From: Alphaproteobacteria bacterium | GTDB lineage: Bacteria; Pseudomonadota; Alphaproteobacteria; UBA7985 | Assembly (NCBI GenBank): GCA_965662775.1 | Contig: CBFIIW010000008.1 | Location: forward strand, 27,269 to 91,268 | Direction of reading: 5' to 3' | DNA length: 64,000 nucleotides | Part shown: positions 51,645 through 63,047 of the stretch, one piece after another | How positions within the stretch are numbered: position 1 is the stretch's first letter | Layout of the letters: the number at the start of each line of letters is the position of its first letter | Translations under genes and position numbers: made by a program | The notes under the pieces: generated by a model | Database searches by the model: none | Seen by the model: only the letters and a program-made list of their open reading frames with translations | Told to the model about the DNA's origin: nothing

Positions 51645-51984
51645 CGTTGTTCTCCTGTTTTTGTGATGTCACTGGGGTCGTCCACCTTTGCCGACATAAG
51701 AAACAGGACTGAACACGGCGATGAACGCATCAAGACTAAACTAGGGCATTAGAATTAACGACTTAAATGTTGTCTCAGGTTTATACGGATGTCTGACATT
51801 TTGGCGCGCGCGCGTGAAAAGCGCAGCCGCCATCGATGGGCCTGGGCGTGCCTCGATGCTGCGCGAAAACTCCAGCGTCCTGAACATAGCTTCCTGAGCG
51901 CATCGCCTGGCGAGGCAACGCAGAAACAATCACTTGCTCACGCGTTAAAACTCTTCTCTGAACTCACAGAAAACAGGAGAAAAA

Positions 51985-52076
51985 TGGCGGTGAGGGTGGG
52001 ATTCGAACCCACGATAGAGTTTCCCCTATACCCGCGTTCCAGGCGAGCGCCTTAAGCCACTCGGCCACCTCACCGC
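51985..52076 (-). tRNA. tRNA-Ser (anticodon GGA)
   Basis: Reverse complement: GCGGTGAGGTGGCCGAGTGGCTTAAGGCGCTCGCCTGGAACGCGGGTATAGGGGAAACTCTATCGTGGGTTCGAATCCCACCCTCACCGCCA. It has a long variable arm and an encoded CCA. Confidence 0.9.
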
Positions 52077-52181
52077 TTGGGGGTTGGTTAGACAATTAAG
52101 CGGTCCCACGCAATGCCCCCGAGCCTGTATTACCCCTGTGATTGGTGTATAGCTCGTATCGTGGGCCATAACGGAGCAACT

Positions 52182-52445
52182 ATGCGACTCATTAGCTGGA
52201 TTTTTGGCAGCATCTTTATGGCTGTGGCCGTTGTGCAATTGGCAATCGAAGGCATGTTCGCAGGCTTTGGCGGTTCGTGGACGAGACTGCTGACCTTGCG
52301 TGACTTGTGGATCATGGTGGCCGGGCCAGAATCGGGCCGTTGGATGCCTGACGGGCTTAGCTCTCTACCGCCGTGGATCTTTGCCGGGCTGATCGGTGCC
52401 GTTCTGCTCTATCTGGGTCGGTACCGTCGACGGAACGCGTCTTGA
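52182..52445 (+). CDS. Hypothetical small membrane protein (2-3 TM helices)
   Basis: MRLISWIFGSIFMAVAVVQLAIEGMFAGF...WIFAGLIGAVLLYLGRYRRR. The call is weak. Confidence 0.4.
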   Translation: MRLISWIFGSIFMAVAVVQLAIEGMFAGFGGSWTRLLTLRDLWIMVAGPESGRWMPDGLSSLPPWIFAGLIGAVLLYLGRYRRRNAS

Positions 52446-52553
52446 CGGGGCGACGCCTGCCGGCCGAAACGGATTTGGTGGGGCTGGACTAGGCCAGGCT
52501 GGGCATAGTTCGCATCGGGCCGTCTGATGTCAGTCCGGCGCGGTCAAGCCAGG

Positions 52554-54356
52554 CTAGTCGTCACCCATCTTGAGCGCTGCGAGAAAGGCCGATTGCGGGA
52601 TGTCGACGTTGCCGATGTTGCGCATACGCTTCTTACCCGCCTTCTGCTTTTCCAACAGCTTTCGCTTCCGGGTGGCGTCCCCGCCGTAGCACTTGGCGGT
52701 GACGTCCTTGCGCAAGGCGGACTGGGTCTCGCGGGCGATGATCTTGCCACCGATGGCGGCCTGGATCGCGATTTTGAACAGCTGCCGTGGGATCAGCTCC
52801 TTCAGACGGACGCAGAGGTCGCGGCCCCGGCTTTCCGCCTTGTCACGGTGGACCATGATAGAGAGCGCATCGACCGGCTCTCCGTTAATCAGGATTGAGA
52901 CTTTGACCAAATGGCCTTCTTCATACCCATCAATCTGATAGTCGAAGGAGGCATACCCGCGCGAGATCGACTTCAGTCGGTCGTAAAAGTCGAAGACGAC
53001 TTCCGCCAAAGGTAGCTTGTAGACGACGACCGCACGGTTGTTCATGTAACTCATGTCCTGCTGCACACCGCGTCGCTCTTCGCAGAGTTTCAGAACCGGG
53101 CCCAGGTGCTCATCGGGGACGAGGATGGTCGCCTTGATCCAAGGCTCCTCAATGTACTCGATACGCTGAACGTCAGGCATGTCGACAGGATTGTGCATCT
53201 CCATCTCAGTACCGTCGGTTAGGTGCAAGCGGTAGACCACAGACGGCGCCGTTGTGACGAGGTCGAGGTCGAACTCACGGCTCAAGCGTTCCTGCACGAT
53301 TTCAAGGTGCAGCAACCCGAGGAAGCCGCAGCGGAACCCGAACCCCAGTGCGGCCGAGCTTTCGGTCTCGAACTGGAACGACGCATCATTAAGCGCCAGC
53401 TTAGAAAGCGACTCCCGCAGGTTATCGAAGTCGGCAGCCTCAGACGGGTACAGACCACAGAACACGACGGGGACCGACGGCTTAAAGCCAGGCAGCGGCT
53501 CATTGGCCGGTCTTCGTTCCTCCGTGATGGTATCACCGACCTGACAGTCGCCGACCGCCTTCATGCCCGCGGTGATGAAGCCAAGCTCGCCCGGTCCAAG
53601 CACACCGGTTTCGGTGCGATGCGGGGTGAAGACGCCGGCACGGTCGATCTCGTAGCTGGCACCAGTTTCCATCAGGCGGATTTTCATGCCCTTGCGGACG
53701 GTACCATCAACCACGCGGACGAGGATGACCACCCCAAGATAGACATCGTACCAGCTGTCGACCAGCAGCGCCTTGAGAGGCCCATCAACGTTGGCAGTCG
53801 GAGCGGGAATCTTGTCGACTAACGCTTCAAGCACCTCCGGCACCCCTTCCCCCGTTTTTCCGGAAACGTGGATCGCGTCGGACGCATCGAGGCCGATGAC
53901 ATCTTCAATTTGCTGCTGCACGCGCTCTGGTTCAGCAGCGGGCAAGTCGACCTTGTTCAGCACAGGGATGATCTCATGATCATTTTCTAACGCCAGATAG
54001 ACGTTAGCCAGGGTTTGCGCCTCCACGCCCTGCGATGCATCCACAAGCAGCAACGACCCTTCGCAGGCAGAGAGTGAGCGCGACACCTCATAAGCAAAAT
54101 CGACATGGCCGGGGGTGTCGATCAGATTGAGCACATAGTCGCTTCCATTTTTGGCGCGATAGTTGAGCCTGACCGAGTTTGCCTTGATGGTAATCCCGCG
54201 CTCTCGCTCCAGATCCATGCTGTCGAGGACCTGTTCCTTCATCTCACGATCGGTCAGGCCGCCAGTGGTTTGGATCAACCGGTCAGCAAGCGTAGATTTG
54301 CCGTGATCGATGTGGGCGATGATGGCGAAGTTGCGAATGTTCTCGATGGCGGTCAT
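52554..54356 (-). CDS. lepA: Elongation factor 4 (LepA)
   Basis: 600 aa. A GTP-binding domain (AHIDHGKST; DTPGH; NKVD) and the LepA C-terminal domain. Confidence 0.95.
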   Translation of the reverse strand: MTAIENIRNFAIIAHIDHGKSTLADRLIQTTGGLTDREMKEQVLDSMDLERERGITIKANSVRLNYRAKNGSDYVLNLIDTPGHVDFAYEVSRSLSACEGSLLLVDASQGVEAQTLANVYLALENDHEIIPVLNKVDLPAAEPERVQQQIEDVIGLDASDAIHVSGKTGEGVPEVLEALVDKIPAPTANVDGPLKALLVDSWYDVYLGVVILVRVVDGTVRKGMKIRLMETGASYEIDRAGVFTPHRTETGVLGPGELGFITAGMKAVGDCQVGDTITEERRPANEPLPGFKPSVPVVFCGLYPSEAADFDNLRESLSKLALNDASFQFETESSAALGFGFRCGFLGLLHLEIVQERLSREFDLDLVTTAPSVVYRLHLTDGTEMEMHNPVDMPDVQRIEYIEEPWIKATILVPDEHLGPVLKLCEERRGVQQDMSYMNNRAVVVYKLPLAEVVFDFYDRLKSISRGYASFDYQIDGYEEGHLVKVSILINGEPVDALSIMVHRDKAESRGRDLCVRLKELIPRQLFKIAIQAAIGGKIIARETQSALRKDVTAKCYGGDATRKRKLLEKQKAGKKRMRNIGNVDIPQSAFLAALKMGDD

Positions 54357-54517
54357 TGACTAAATAGCGTCCTTGAAGTGCTGCTCGTGGAAGTGCATCG
54401 GCCATGTCGTTCCGTCAAGGCGACGCTTTGTCAGAACTGGGGCGCGCGTAAACATTTAACGTTGGATTTATCGATCTGTTTACCCTATCAGGTTGCAAAA
54501 TAGCGGAGTTTTTCGCG

Positions 54518-55012
54518 ATGTGGCGTATTCTGATCCTGTTTCTGTTCTTAGTGGTCGCTCTGGTTGCCGCGCGCGTGGCGACCGCGCAAAAGACGGCCTT
54601 TACCGCTGATGGCGCGCGGGTCTACCTGTTCAGCAATGGTACGTGGTCAACTGACCCGGATGGGGGCAGCTCTGGCCTGTTGGAACTGGCTCTTCTTGAT
54701 CAGCGGCAAGCCGAGACAAGAGCCAATCGGTGTACGCTGATCTTCGGTCTGGGTAATGGATTTGAGGTGGATCTGAAAAAAGTTGAGCTCGAATTGCAAT
54801 TCTTAGATGGCGGCGGCGATTACCGCATGAGCCGGCGAGTCACCTTCAAGAATCCACGGTCTGGCAAGGTCCGCTTTGCTGAAGCGGCGCTGGACATCGT
54901 CGAAGGCTGTGCAGGCTTCAAGACCTTTGAGGTGGTAGACGTTGCGTCTTGTCTCTTGGGCGACGGAACCAAAATAGACGATTGCTTTGGTGCGCTTTCG
55001 ACTCTCAACTAG
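54518..55012 (+). CDS. Hypothetical secreted protein
   Basis: A signal peptide (MWRILILFLFLVVALVAARVATAQ) followed by a small Cys-containing domain. No family was recognised. Confidence 0.5.
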   Translation: MWRILILFLFLVVALVAARVATAQKTAFTADGARVYLFSNGTWSTDPDGGSSGLLELALLDQRQAETRANRCTLIFGLGNGFEVDLKKVELELQFLDGGGDYRMSRRVTFKNPRSGKVRFAEAALDIVEGCAGFKTFEVVDVASCLLGDGTKIDDCFGALSTLN

Positions 55013-55286
55013 GAGCGCCCAGCCGTTTTCTAACCGGAAGACAGGTCTGAAGTTGGCATTCAGGGTCTATTGGACAGGCTCTATGACGCGCTCGGTTTGA
55101 CATCGCTTCACCGCCTACAAATCGCCTACGCGCAACCTTTATGTCCTTCGCCGACAGCACACGGTCAGACTGACTTGTCAGCGTTCCGTTTCGACCTGTC
55201 ACGAGCCCGACGTCTGGACCCAGAGGGCGAAATCCTGAAAGATGTCGGCCTGTACCGCAACCTCATTGCATGATCGGCCCCTGCCC

Positions 55287-56225
55287 ATGACCCGTTCTAT
55301 CATTATTGACACCGACCCTGGACAGGACGACGCTCTGGCCATCCTGCTTGCTCTGGCATCGCCAGAGCTCGATGTGCGCGGCATTACCTGCGTGGCGGGA
55401 AACGTGCCTTTGGCCCTTACAAGCCGTAACGCTCGGATCGCATGCGAGTTGGCGGGACGCCCCGACATCGCCGTCTACGCTGGCGCCACGGGGCCTCTCG
55501 AACGCCCCCTTGTAACGGCAGAGTATGTCCACGGCAAAACTGGTCTTGATGGCTATGACCTTCCGGAACCAACTATGCCACTGGCGGAAGGAAAGGCGGT
55601 CGACTTCATCGTCGACACCGTGATGGAGGCCGAACCCGGCAGCATGACGCTTTGTGCCCTCGGTCCACTCACCAATCTTGGGCTAGCCCTGCGGCAGGCT
55701 CCGGAAATCAGCGCACGTCTGCGAGAGATCGTCTTGATGGGTGGCGGTCTGTTTGAAGGCGGTAACACCACACCCGCCGCTGAGTTCAACATCTTTGTCG
55801 ATCCGGAAGCTGCCGAACTGGTCATGCACTGCGGCGCGCCGGTGGTTATGATCCCACTGGATCTCACCCACCAGACGCTGACCAGCGACGCCATTATCGA
55901 AGACTTTCGGGCCATGCCCAATGCGACGGGACCAGCGACGGCCGGACTACTTGATTTTTTTGAGCGTTTTGATGTGGAAAAATATGGCTCTCAGGGCGGG
56001 CCGCTCCATGATCCTAACGTCATCGCTTATCTGCTCCAGCCTGATCTCTATGGCGGCAGGCTTATCAACGTTGAGATCGAAACGGACTCGTCTCTGACGC
56101 GTGGTATGACGGTTGCAGACTGGTGGCGGGTCACGGACCGTCCGGCCAACGTGCTCTATCTCCGGGAGGTCGATGTTAACGGCTACTGGGCGTTGCTGAA
56201 AGATAGACTGTCCCGACTGCCTTAA
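55287..56225 (+). CDS. Nonspecific ribonucleoside hydrolase (IU-NH family)
   Basis: The N-terminal metal-binding motif IIIDTDPGQDDALAI is present and the fold continues through ...NIFVDPEAAELV.... The start is at the internal Met MTRSIII. Confidence 0.85.
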   Translation: MTRSIIIDTDPGQDDALAILLALASPELDVRGITCVAGNVPLALTSRNARIACELAGRPDIAVYAGATGPLERPLVTAEYVHGKTGLDGYDLPEPTMPLAEGKAVDFIVDTVMEAEPGSMTLCALGPLTNLGLALRQAPEISARLREIVLMGGGLFEGGNTTPAAEFNIFVDPEAAELVMHCGAPVVMIPLDLTHQTLTSDAIIEDFRAMPNATGPATAGLLDFFERFDVEKYGSQGGPLHDPNVIAYLLQPDLYGGRLINVEIETDSSLTRGMTVADWWRVTDRPANVLYLREVDVNGYWALLKDRLSRLP

Positions 56226-56346
56226 GGGGGTCTGCAGAGATCAGCGGCATGATGCTTCAACCCATGAAAAAGGGCGCTGAGCCCAAGACCCCAGCGCCCT
56301 TCGATTGTTTCTGATCCGCAGGCGCGAAGTCAGACGCAGTGATGAT

Positions 56347-58005
<1,659 letters not shown>

Positions 58006-58045
58006 TTATTCGATATCGGGTTGAAACAGGTGTGGGCAGCGGGGC

Positions 58046-58336
58046 TCAGGCTTCGAGCACACCCATGATTTCGCTTTCTTTCATGATCAGCAGGTCTTCA
58101 CCGTCGATCTTGACTTCGGTGCCATTCCACTTGCCGAAGAGAACTTTGTCTCCAGCCTTAAGGTCAGGCTTTATGCGGTCACCATCGTCGTTGTAGGCGC
58201 CTTCACCGACGGCGATAACCTCGCCTTCCATCGGCTTTTCCTTGGCAGTGTCAGGGATGATCAGGCCGCCCGCGGTTTTTTCTTCGCTGTCCAGACGCTT
58301 GATCAAAACGCGGTCGTGCAATGGGCGAAACTTCAT
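58046..58336 (-). CDS. groS: Co-chaperonin GroES
   Basis: [14 protein letters not shown]... The start is at the internal Met of the track ORF. Confidence 0.95.
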   Translation of the reverse strand: MKFRPLHDRVLIKRLDSEEKTAGGLIIPDTAKEKPMEGEVIAVGEGAYNDDGDRIKPDLKAGDKVLFGKWNGTEVKIDGEDLLIMKESEIMGVLEA

Positions 58337-58400
58337 CTGTCCCACTCCTTTTTTTGAAGTGTAAAAAAATAATGCCAGAATTGGCGCGCGGCGCGCTCAT

Positions 58401-58427
58401 TAGCACTCCTCGCTTAAGACTGCTAAT
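58401..58427. promoter_or_regulatory. CIRCE (HrcA operator) inverted repeat, TTAGCACTC-N9-GACTGCTAA
   Basis: Seen about 65-90 nt upstream of groES. It matches the TTAGCACTC-N9-GAGTGCTAA consensus with two mismatches in one half-site. Confidence 0.6.
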
Positions 58428-58587
58428 TAGGGAGCCTATGCCCCCAGTGCAAGCGGGTGGGGTCTGCAACCTGCGCAATTGGCTGTTGCAATAATCGAAG
58501 GACGACGACCCGAGGTGGGCTCTGTGACGGGGCTGTCAGACTCAACAGTCTTGGTGGCCGAAAGCGGCCAACGCAGTCATCGTTCAT

Positions 58588-59406
58588 TCAGAGTTCGGTG
58601 ATCTTATAGCCTTCGCCGTCCACGCGGATCAGGGGCGGTATCCGTCGGCTTTCAAACGCATCATAGCCTGGCTTCAGCTGCTGCCAGAACGCTAGCCAGG
58701 GGCTGTCCTGCTGCTCAGCCATGGCGGCGTCACTCATGTGAAACGGAAAGGCATGAATCCAGAAACCCCTCGCAGGTGACGCAACGGTGGCCGACGCGAG
58801 TTCGTAGATCTGCTCAATGAAAGGGTCCGTCATAGCGTAACAGCCACTGGAGACGCAGTTGCCGTGAATCAAGAGCTCTGTTCCCGTGTAGCCTTGGGCC
58901 GCGTCATAGTTGTTGGGAAAAGCAAATTCGATGGCGCGATGGAACTGCGAGTGGGCCCGGATCTGCTCTGGGCCGACAAAGTAAAAGCCTTCGGGCGCTT
59001 GCATATCGCCCTCTTCAATCTTTGGCCCCAGATCACCGGAAAAGAAACAAATTGGATAAATGCGGAACAGCACGAAGGTCTGCTGGTCGTCGGGCTGGAC
59101 CCAAACTTCGACTTCTCGCTCCTGCTTGAAAACCCGCAGCAGCATCGGCGCACCAAGCCGAGCGCCCAGAGCGTCGAGATCCTTGGGCAGTTGCGCGGTG
59201 GTAAAGGCACGGCTGAAACGCACCCGCTTATCCTCATCTGCTGTTGACTGAGCGAACGCCACCTGACCCCCGGCCAGACCGGTCCAACCAGCGACGACAA
59301 TCCCGCCACCGGCGAGGCCAGCCACAACGCGGCGCCGGGTTGGCGTGTGAATGGGCCGGCTGCGGTGCAAGCTGCGTTTGTAAGTCCACATCTTCCGGGT
59401 GCTCAT
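58588..59406 (-). CDS. L,D-transpeptidase catalytic domain family protein (YafK-like), Tat/Sec-exported
   Basis: A twin-arginine-like N-terminus (RRRVVAGLAGGG) and the catalytic motif HGNCVSSGCYAMTD. Confidence 0.75.
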   Translation of the reverse strand: MSTRKMWTYKRSLHRSRPIHTPTRRRVVAGLAGGGIVVAGWTGLAGGQVAFAQSTADEDKRVRFSRAFTTAQLPKDLDALGARLGAPMLLRVFKQEREVEVWVQPDDQQTFVLFRIYPICFFSGDLGPKIEEGDMQAPEGFYFVGPEQIRAHSQFHRAIEFAFPNNYDAAQGYTGTELLIHGNCVSSGCYAMTDPFIEQIYELASATVASPARGFWIHAFPFHMSDAAMAEQQDSPWLAFWQQLKPGYDAFESRRIPPLIRVDGEGYKITEL

Positions 59407-59575
59407 ACATTTTCCCTTTCAGCTTCCATACAGGTGATGAAACGTGCAAGCCTGATGCCTGCGACGCTCCAACGCCTGTGACTTTTTTCTGCTGCGCTTA
59501 TGTGTAACCAAACACCGCGCTTTGCTTCCTTTCGATCGCGACGCGCTCGGTCAAACAACAGGCACTCACAGCAAA

Positions 59576-60718
59576 ATGAGCGACGCATCCCCCTTGGCAT
59601 CAAAGTCAGCGGCGCAAAGCGCCTCTACTCTCGCTTCCCAGTCTGTTGGCCGTCAGGCAAGTCTGGCAACGGTGCTGGTCTGGCTCTGGGGATCGGCGGC
59701 TCTCGTCTTTGCCATGGCGCTGATCGGCGCCATCACGCGGCTGACGGAGAGCGGGCTGAGCATCATGGAATGGAACCTTCTGGCCGGCACCTTCCCACCG
59801 CTGTCCGAGGCGGAATGGCAGCGTGTTTTTGCAGAATACAAGCTCACCGGCGAATACCTGAAGCAGCACCTCGGCGCACTCAGCATGGATGGCTTCAAAC
59901 AAATCTTCTGGTGGGAATACATCCACCGGCTCTGGGGGCGGCTGATTGGATTATTCTTCCTTGCAGGACTAGTTGTGTTCTCAATGGCCCGGCTGCGAGG
60001 CCAATGGTCGCGGCTGGCTTGGCTCACGCCGCATGCCTGGTTTGGCTTCGGGCTGATCTGCTTCCAGGGATTTTTGGGCTGGTACATGGTCAGCAGCGGC
60101 TTTGACACCGATCTGATCGATGTATCCGCCTATCGGCTCGCCGCACACTTGTCGCTAGCTGTGATCATCCTGCTGTATTTCGTCGGTCTTGGCGTCCGCG
60201 CGCTGGTGCAGGCAGGGAAGGACCATGGCGGCGAGGGAGTAGGCACCCCGATGGCCTTTAGCGCAGCCCATTGGCTGAACCTGCCCACGGCACTGCTGGT
60301 TCTGGTCCTGGCCACGCTGGTATCCGGTGCCTTTGTCGCAGGACTGAATGCAGGCCTCATTTATAACGAATTCCCAAGTATGGGTGAGGGACTGATACCC
60401 GCAGATTATCAGACCTCTCTTCCGCTTTTGCGGAATCCCTTCGAAAACCCCGTGGCGGCACAGTTTCACCACCGCATATTTGCCAGCGCCACGGTCCTGA
60501 TCGTCGGCGTTGCAGCCGTGATTACGGCCATGCGGACCCAAGCGTCGGCCGTTCGCAGGTGGGCGCTTGCAGCCCTACTGGCCGTAGTTGGACAGTACCT
60601 TCTCGGGGTGATCACACTTCTTTACGCCGTGCCGATACCACTGGGCGCAGCGCACCAGGGCGGAGCGCTCATTCTGCTCATGAGCATAACGCTATGGCGG
60701 GCGCATAATAATCAATAG
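59576..60718 (+). CDS. ctaA: Heme A synthase (COX15/CtaA)
   Basis: A multi-TM protein with COX15 motifs (...LIGAITRLTESGLSIMEW...; conserved His residues in the TM helices). The start is placed at MSDASPL. Confidence 0.85.
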   Translation: MSDASPLASKSAAQSASTLASQSVGRQASLATVLVWLWGSAALVFAMALIGAITRLTESGLSIMEWNLLAGTFPPLSEAEWQRVFAEYKLTGEYLKQHLGALSMDGFKQIFWWEYIHRLWGRLIGLFFLAGLVVFSMARLRGQWSRLAWLTPHAWFGFGLICFQGFLGWYMVSSGFDTDLIDVSAYRLAAHLSLAVIILLYFVGLGVRALVQAGKDHGGEGVGTPMAFSAAHWLNLPTALLVLVLATLVSGAFVAGLNAGLIYNEFPSMGEGLIPADYQTSLPLLRNPFENPVAAQFHHRIFASATVLIVGVAAVITAMRTQASAVRRWALAALLAVVGQYLLGVITLLYAVPIPLGAAHQGGALILLMSITLWRAHNNQ

Positions 60719-60753
60719 TTGTTGCATATAGCGCCATGCAGGGGTGTTCTAAG

Positions 60754-60786
60754 TTTGCGCATAATGTATCGAAATACGCGCATAAC
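60754..60786. promoter_or_regulatory. Second copy of the paired GCGCATAA motif (TTTGCGCATAAT ... TACGCGCATAAC, 21 bp apart) upstream of an OmpA-like gene
   Basis: Seen directly in the sequence; compare 12926..12959. Confidence 0.25.
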
Positions 60787-60962
60787 GTGAAATTTCGGAA
60801 CGAAGGCGGTCAGTTCGATACCTAATCAACACATAAACCCGCTCTTTTTGGCAAAAAGCCGGCTCGCGGCCGCAGCTGGCAGCGTATTTGAACCTTTGAC
60901 CTTCACAAAGTCCCGCCGTTGCAATTTGCGTTGCACGAATATTTCAAAGGGCTCGAATTTTA

Positions 60963-61961
60963 ATGAGACACGCCATTTTTTGTGGTCTGGCGCAGGCTGC
61001 CGTTACTCTGGCTGCTCTGAGCACTGTGCAATCCGCCAGCGCGCAGGTGCTGGCCCCGTTCCGGGCACCATCCTCAGTCGAGAGTTTTGCTCCGGCGACC
61101 GGTATTCCTGGCGCCGTGCCTAACGTAGCAGCCTGGGGCCTCAATCAGGTACAGGTTACCAACGGCATGCCCGCAGGGGGCGTCGCCGGACCGCTCGTCG
61201 ACCCAGAGCGGGATGTTAATCCCACACCACGTGTTGTGCCGTTTTCCTCGGGCACGGTCCTGATGGCTCAGCCTCTGCCGGCGGCGCCGAACACCCGCCA
61301 GTCGGTTACAGAACGCGTCATCCTATCCAAGTCCAGCCTGTCCGGCAGCGCCGATCGCTTGGGCAATGCCACTCTCGGCCGCCTAACCGGATTGTCGGTC
61401 TACCCTGCTGTAGCTTACCGGGGCACCGAGACCATTCTGATTCAAGGTCCGCAGGCTGCCAACGGTGGCTTTTCTGGTTTGAGTGCAGCTGCAGATCTCT
61501 CTGGACAGCCTCATTGCCAAGGCTTTGCATTGACCAGCGAAGGCGCGCTGATCGCGACTGGCGGCACGGGCTATCAGGCCATGATACTGGGGGCTGATTG
61601 CGAGACGCTGATCCGCGCGGCGCTCGAAGCCGGCCACGGCGTAATTTTCTCAGCTTCAGTCCTGTTCGACGATAACAGCGATGCGATTTCTTTGCAGGCC
61701 AAGCGTGCGCTGGAAATGACAGCCATTGCCATCAACGCCTCGACCGGACGCTACGATGTCATAGGTTACGCGTCCCATGACGGGACAGATTATATCAACA
61801 GGCAGCTAGCACTTAAGCGTGCAAAAGCCGCTGCATACATGCTGACTCTCGCAGGGGTGAATCGGGCCAAGCTCGACACCGACGGACGGGGTGAAACCAG
61901 TATTTTTGGACCAGAACTCGCTGTGAACAGACGTGTCGTTATCCGCAGGAAGTCTTCGTGA
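60963..61961 (+). CDS. Secreted protein with a C-terminal OmpA-like (peptidoglycan-binding) domain
   Basis: A signal peptide (ALSTVQSASAQ) and a C-terminal segment ...GYASHDGTDYINRQLALKRAKAAAYMLTLAGVNRAKLDTDGRGETS... matching the OmpA_C domain. Confidence 0.7.
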   Translation: MRHAIFCGLAQAAVTLAALSTVQSASAQVLAPFRAPSSVESFAPATGIPGAVPNVAAWGLNQVQVTNGMPAGGVAGPLVDPERDVNPTPRVVPFSSGTVLMAQPLPAAPNTRQSVTERVILSKSSLSGSADRLGNATLGRLTGLSVYPAVAYRGTETILIQGPQAANGGFSGLSAAADLSGQPHCQGFALTSEGALIATGGTGYQAMILGADCETLIRAALEAGHGVIFSASVLFDDNSDAISLQAKRALEMTAIAINASTGRYDVIGYASHDGTDYINRQLALKRAKAAAYMLTLAGVNRAKLDTDGRGETSIFGPELAVNRRVVIRRKSS

Positions 61962-62421
61962 TGATTTTTACACAGGCTAACCACAGTTTTGGAACGGCGA
62001 GGCCAACCAACCCTCATTGGGCCCCAACCGGTATGGTTTCGCCCAATGCCATGGCTCCATGGAACCAGCACAATTTGGCTGAAAAAGGGCTCCGAGGGGG
62101 CAATTTCTACCGCTCGCGTAATTTTTTATCGTCTTTTCGGGTAATTTCACTGCTTGAAGTGTCGTTTGTGCCACGCTATGACCTATTTTTGCCTATATCA
62201 AAAAGAGAACGGGCCATAGCTGTTGCTTGTTGATAGTTTGGTTACACAAGGCGGGAGTGGGTGTGCAGTGGCCCACGAGCGTGGTTTTAACTCACGGGTT
62301 CCGAATGTCCCACTTCGGTGGAGAACATCAAAAACTGGATCATCGAGAGCAGAATTGAGTGTGACCTTGTTTTGTCATGAACCTTGCGGCTTAGCCGCGG
62401 GAATGTATTGAAGGAAAAACA

Positions 62422-62907
62422 ATGAAGCGTCTGATAATTGCAGCTTCAGCTCTGGTCTTTTCCTTTGCGACTGCTGGGGCTGCGGTCGCAGAGTGTAAAG
62501 GCAATTGTCACAACTTCGTCACCACTGCGCTCTCCGGGACATGGGTACGGACCGCAAGCGGCGGTTACGTTCACGACAAGTCCGCCGTATGCGATATCAT
62601 GGTTCAGTTCGAAATCGCGTGCGCTGACCTGACAGAAGAAGGCGAGCAGGTGCTGCTCGACAACCTCGATATCATTATGCATTCCGGTGCCGTTGGCTTT
62701 GCTAACACGGGTTATGCATCTGTTGATGGCCCTGAGGACTATAACCAGACCCTGTCCGAACAACGTGCCGCCACCGTGTACGAGTTCCTCGTGGCTAATG
62801 GTGTCGATATGGACCTCGTGGCGCCGATCGCAGGCGCTGGTGAAACCGACTCGCTGAGCGACACCCTCGAAGGCAACCGCGTTGTGGTGCTGTCCTTTAA
62901 CGGCTAA
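62422..62907 (+). CDS. Small secreted OmpA-like domain protein
   Basis: A signal peptide (MKRLIIAASALVFSFATAGAAVA) and ...TGYASVDGPEDYNQTLSEQRAATVYEFLVANGV.... Confidence 0.65.
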   Translation: MKRLIIAASALVFSFATAGAAVAECKGNCHNFVTTALSGTWVRTASGGYVHDKSAVCDIMVQFEIACADLTEEGEQVLLDNLDIIMHSGAVGFANTGYASVDGPEDYNQTLSEQRAATVYEFLVANGVDMDLVAPIAGAGETDSLSDTLEGNRVVVLSFNG

Positions 62908-63047
62908 GCCCGCCAAGGACGAAATCCGGGGCAAAACGCCACTCTGATTTTTTAAAGGCCGCGCAGGTCATCCCTGCGCGGCCTTTTTCGTGCTTGGCAA
63001 GTCGGCCCGGCGACTGTCTCATCAGTCGGCCGGGGAGGCGGCGTTCA

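Noticed and set aside
50610-51752. A 380-aa plus-strand ORF covering slyX and the 110-aa orphan.
   Set aside because: It is the antisense of two minus-strand genes and crosses an intergenic region. Its composition is Arg/His/Ser-rich with no domain signals.
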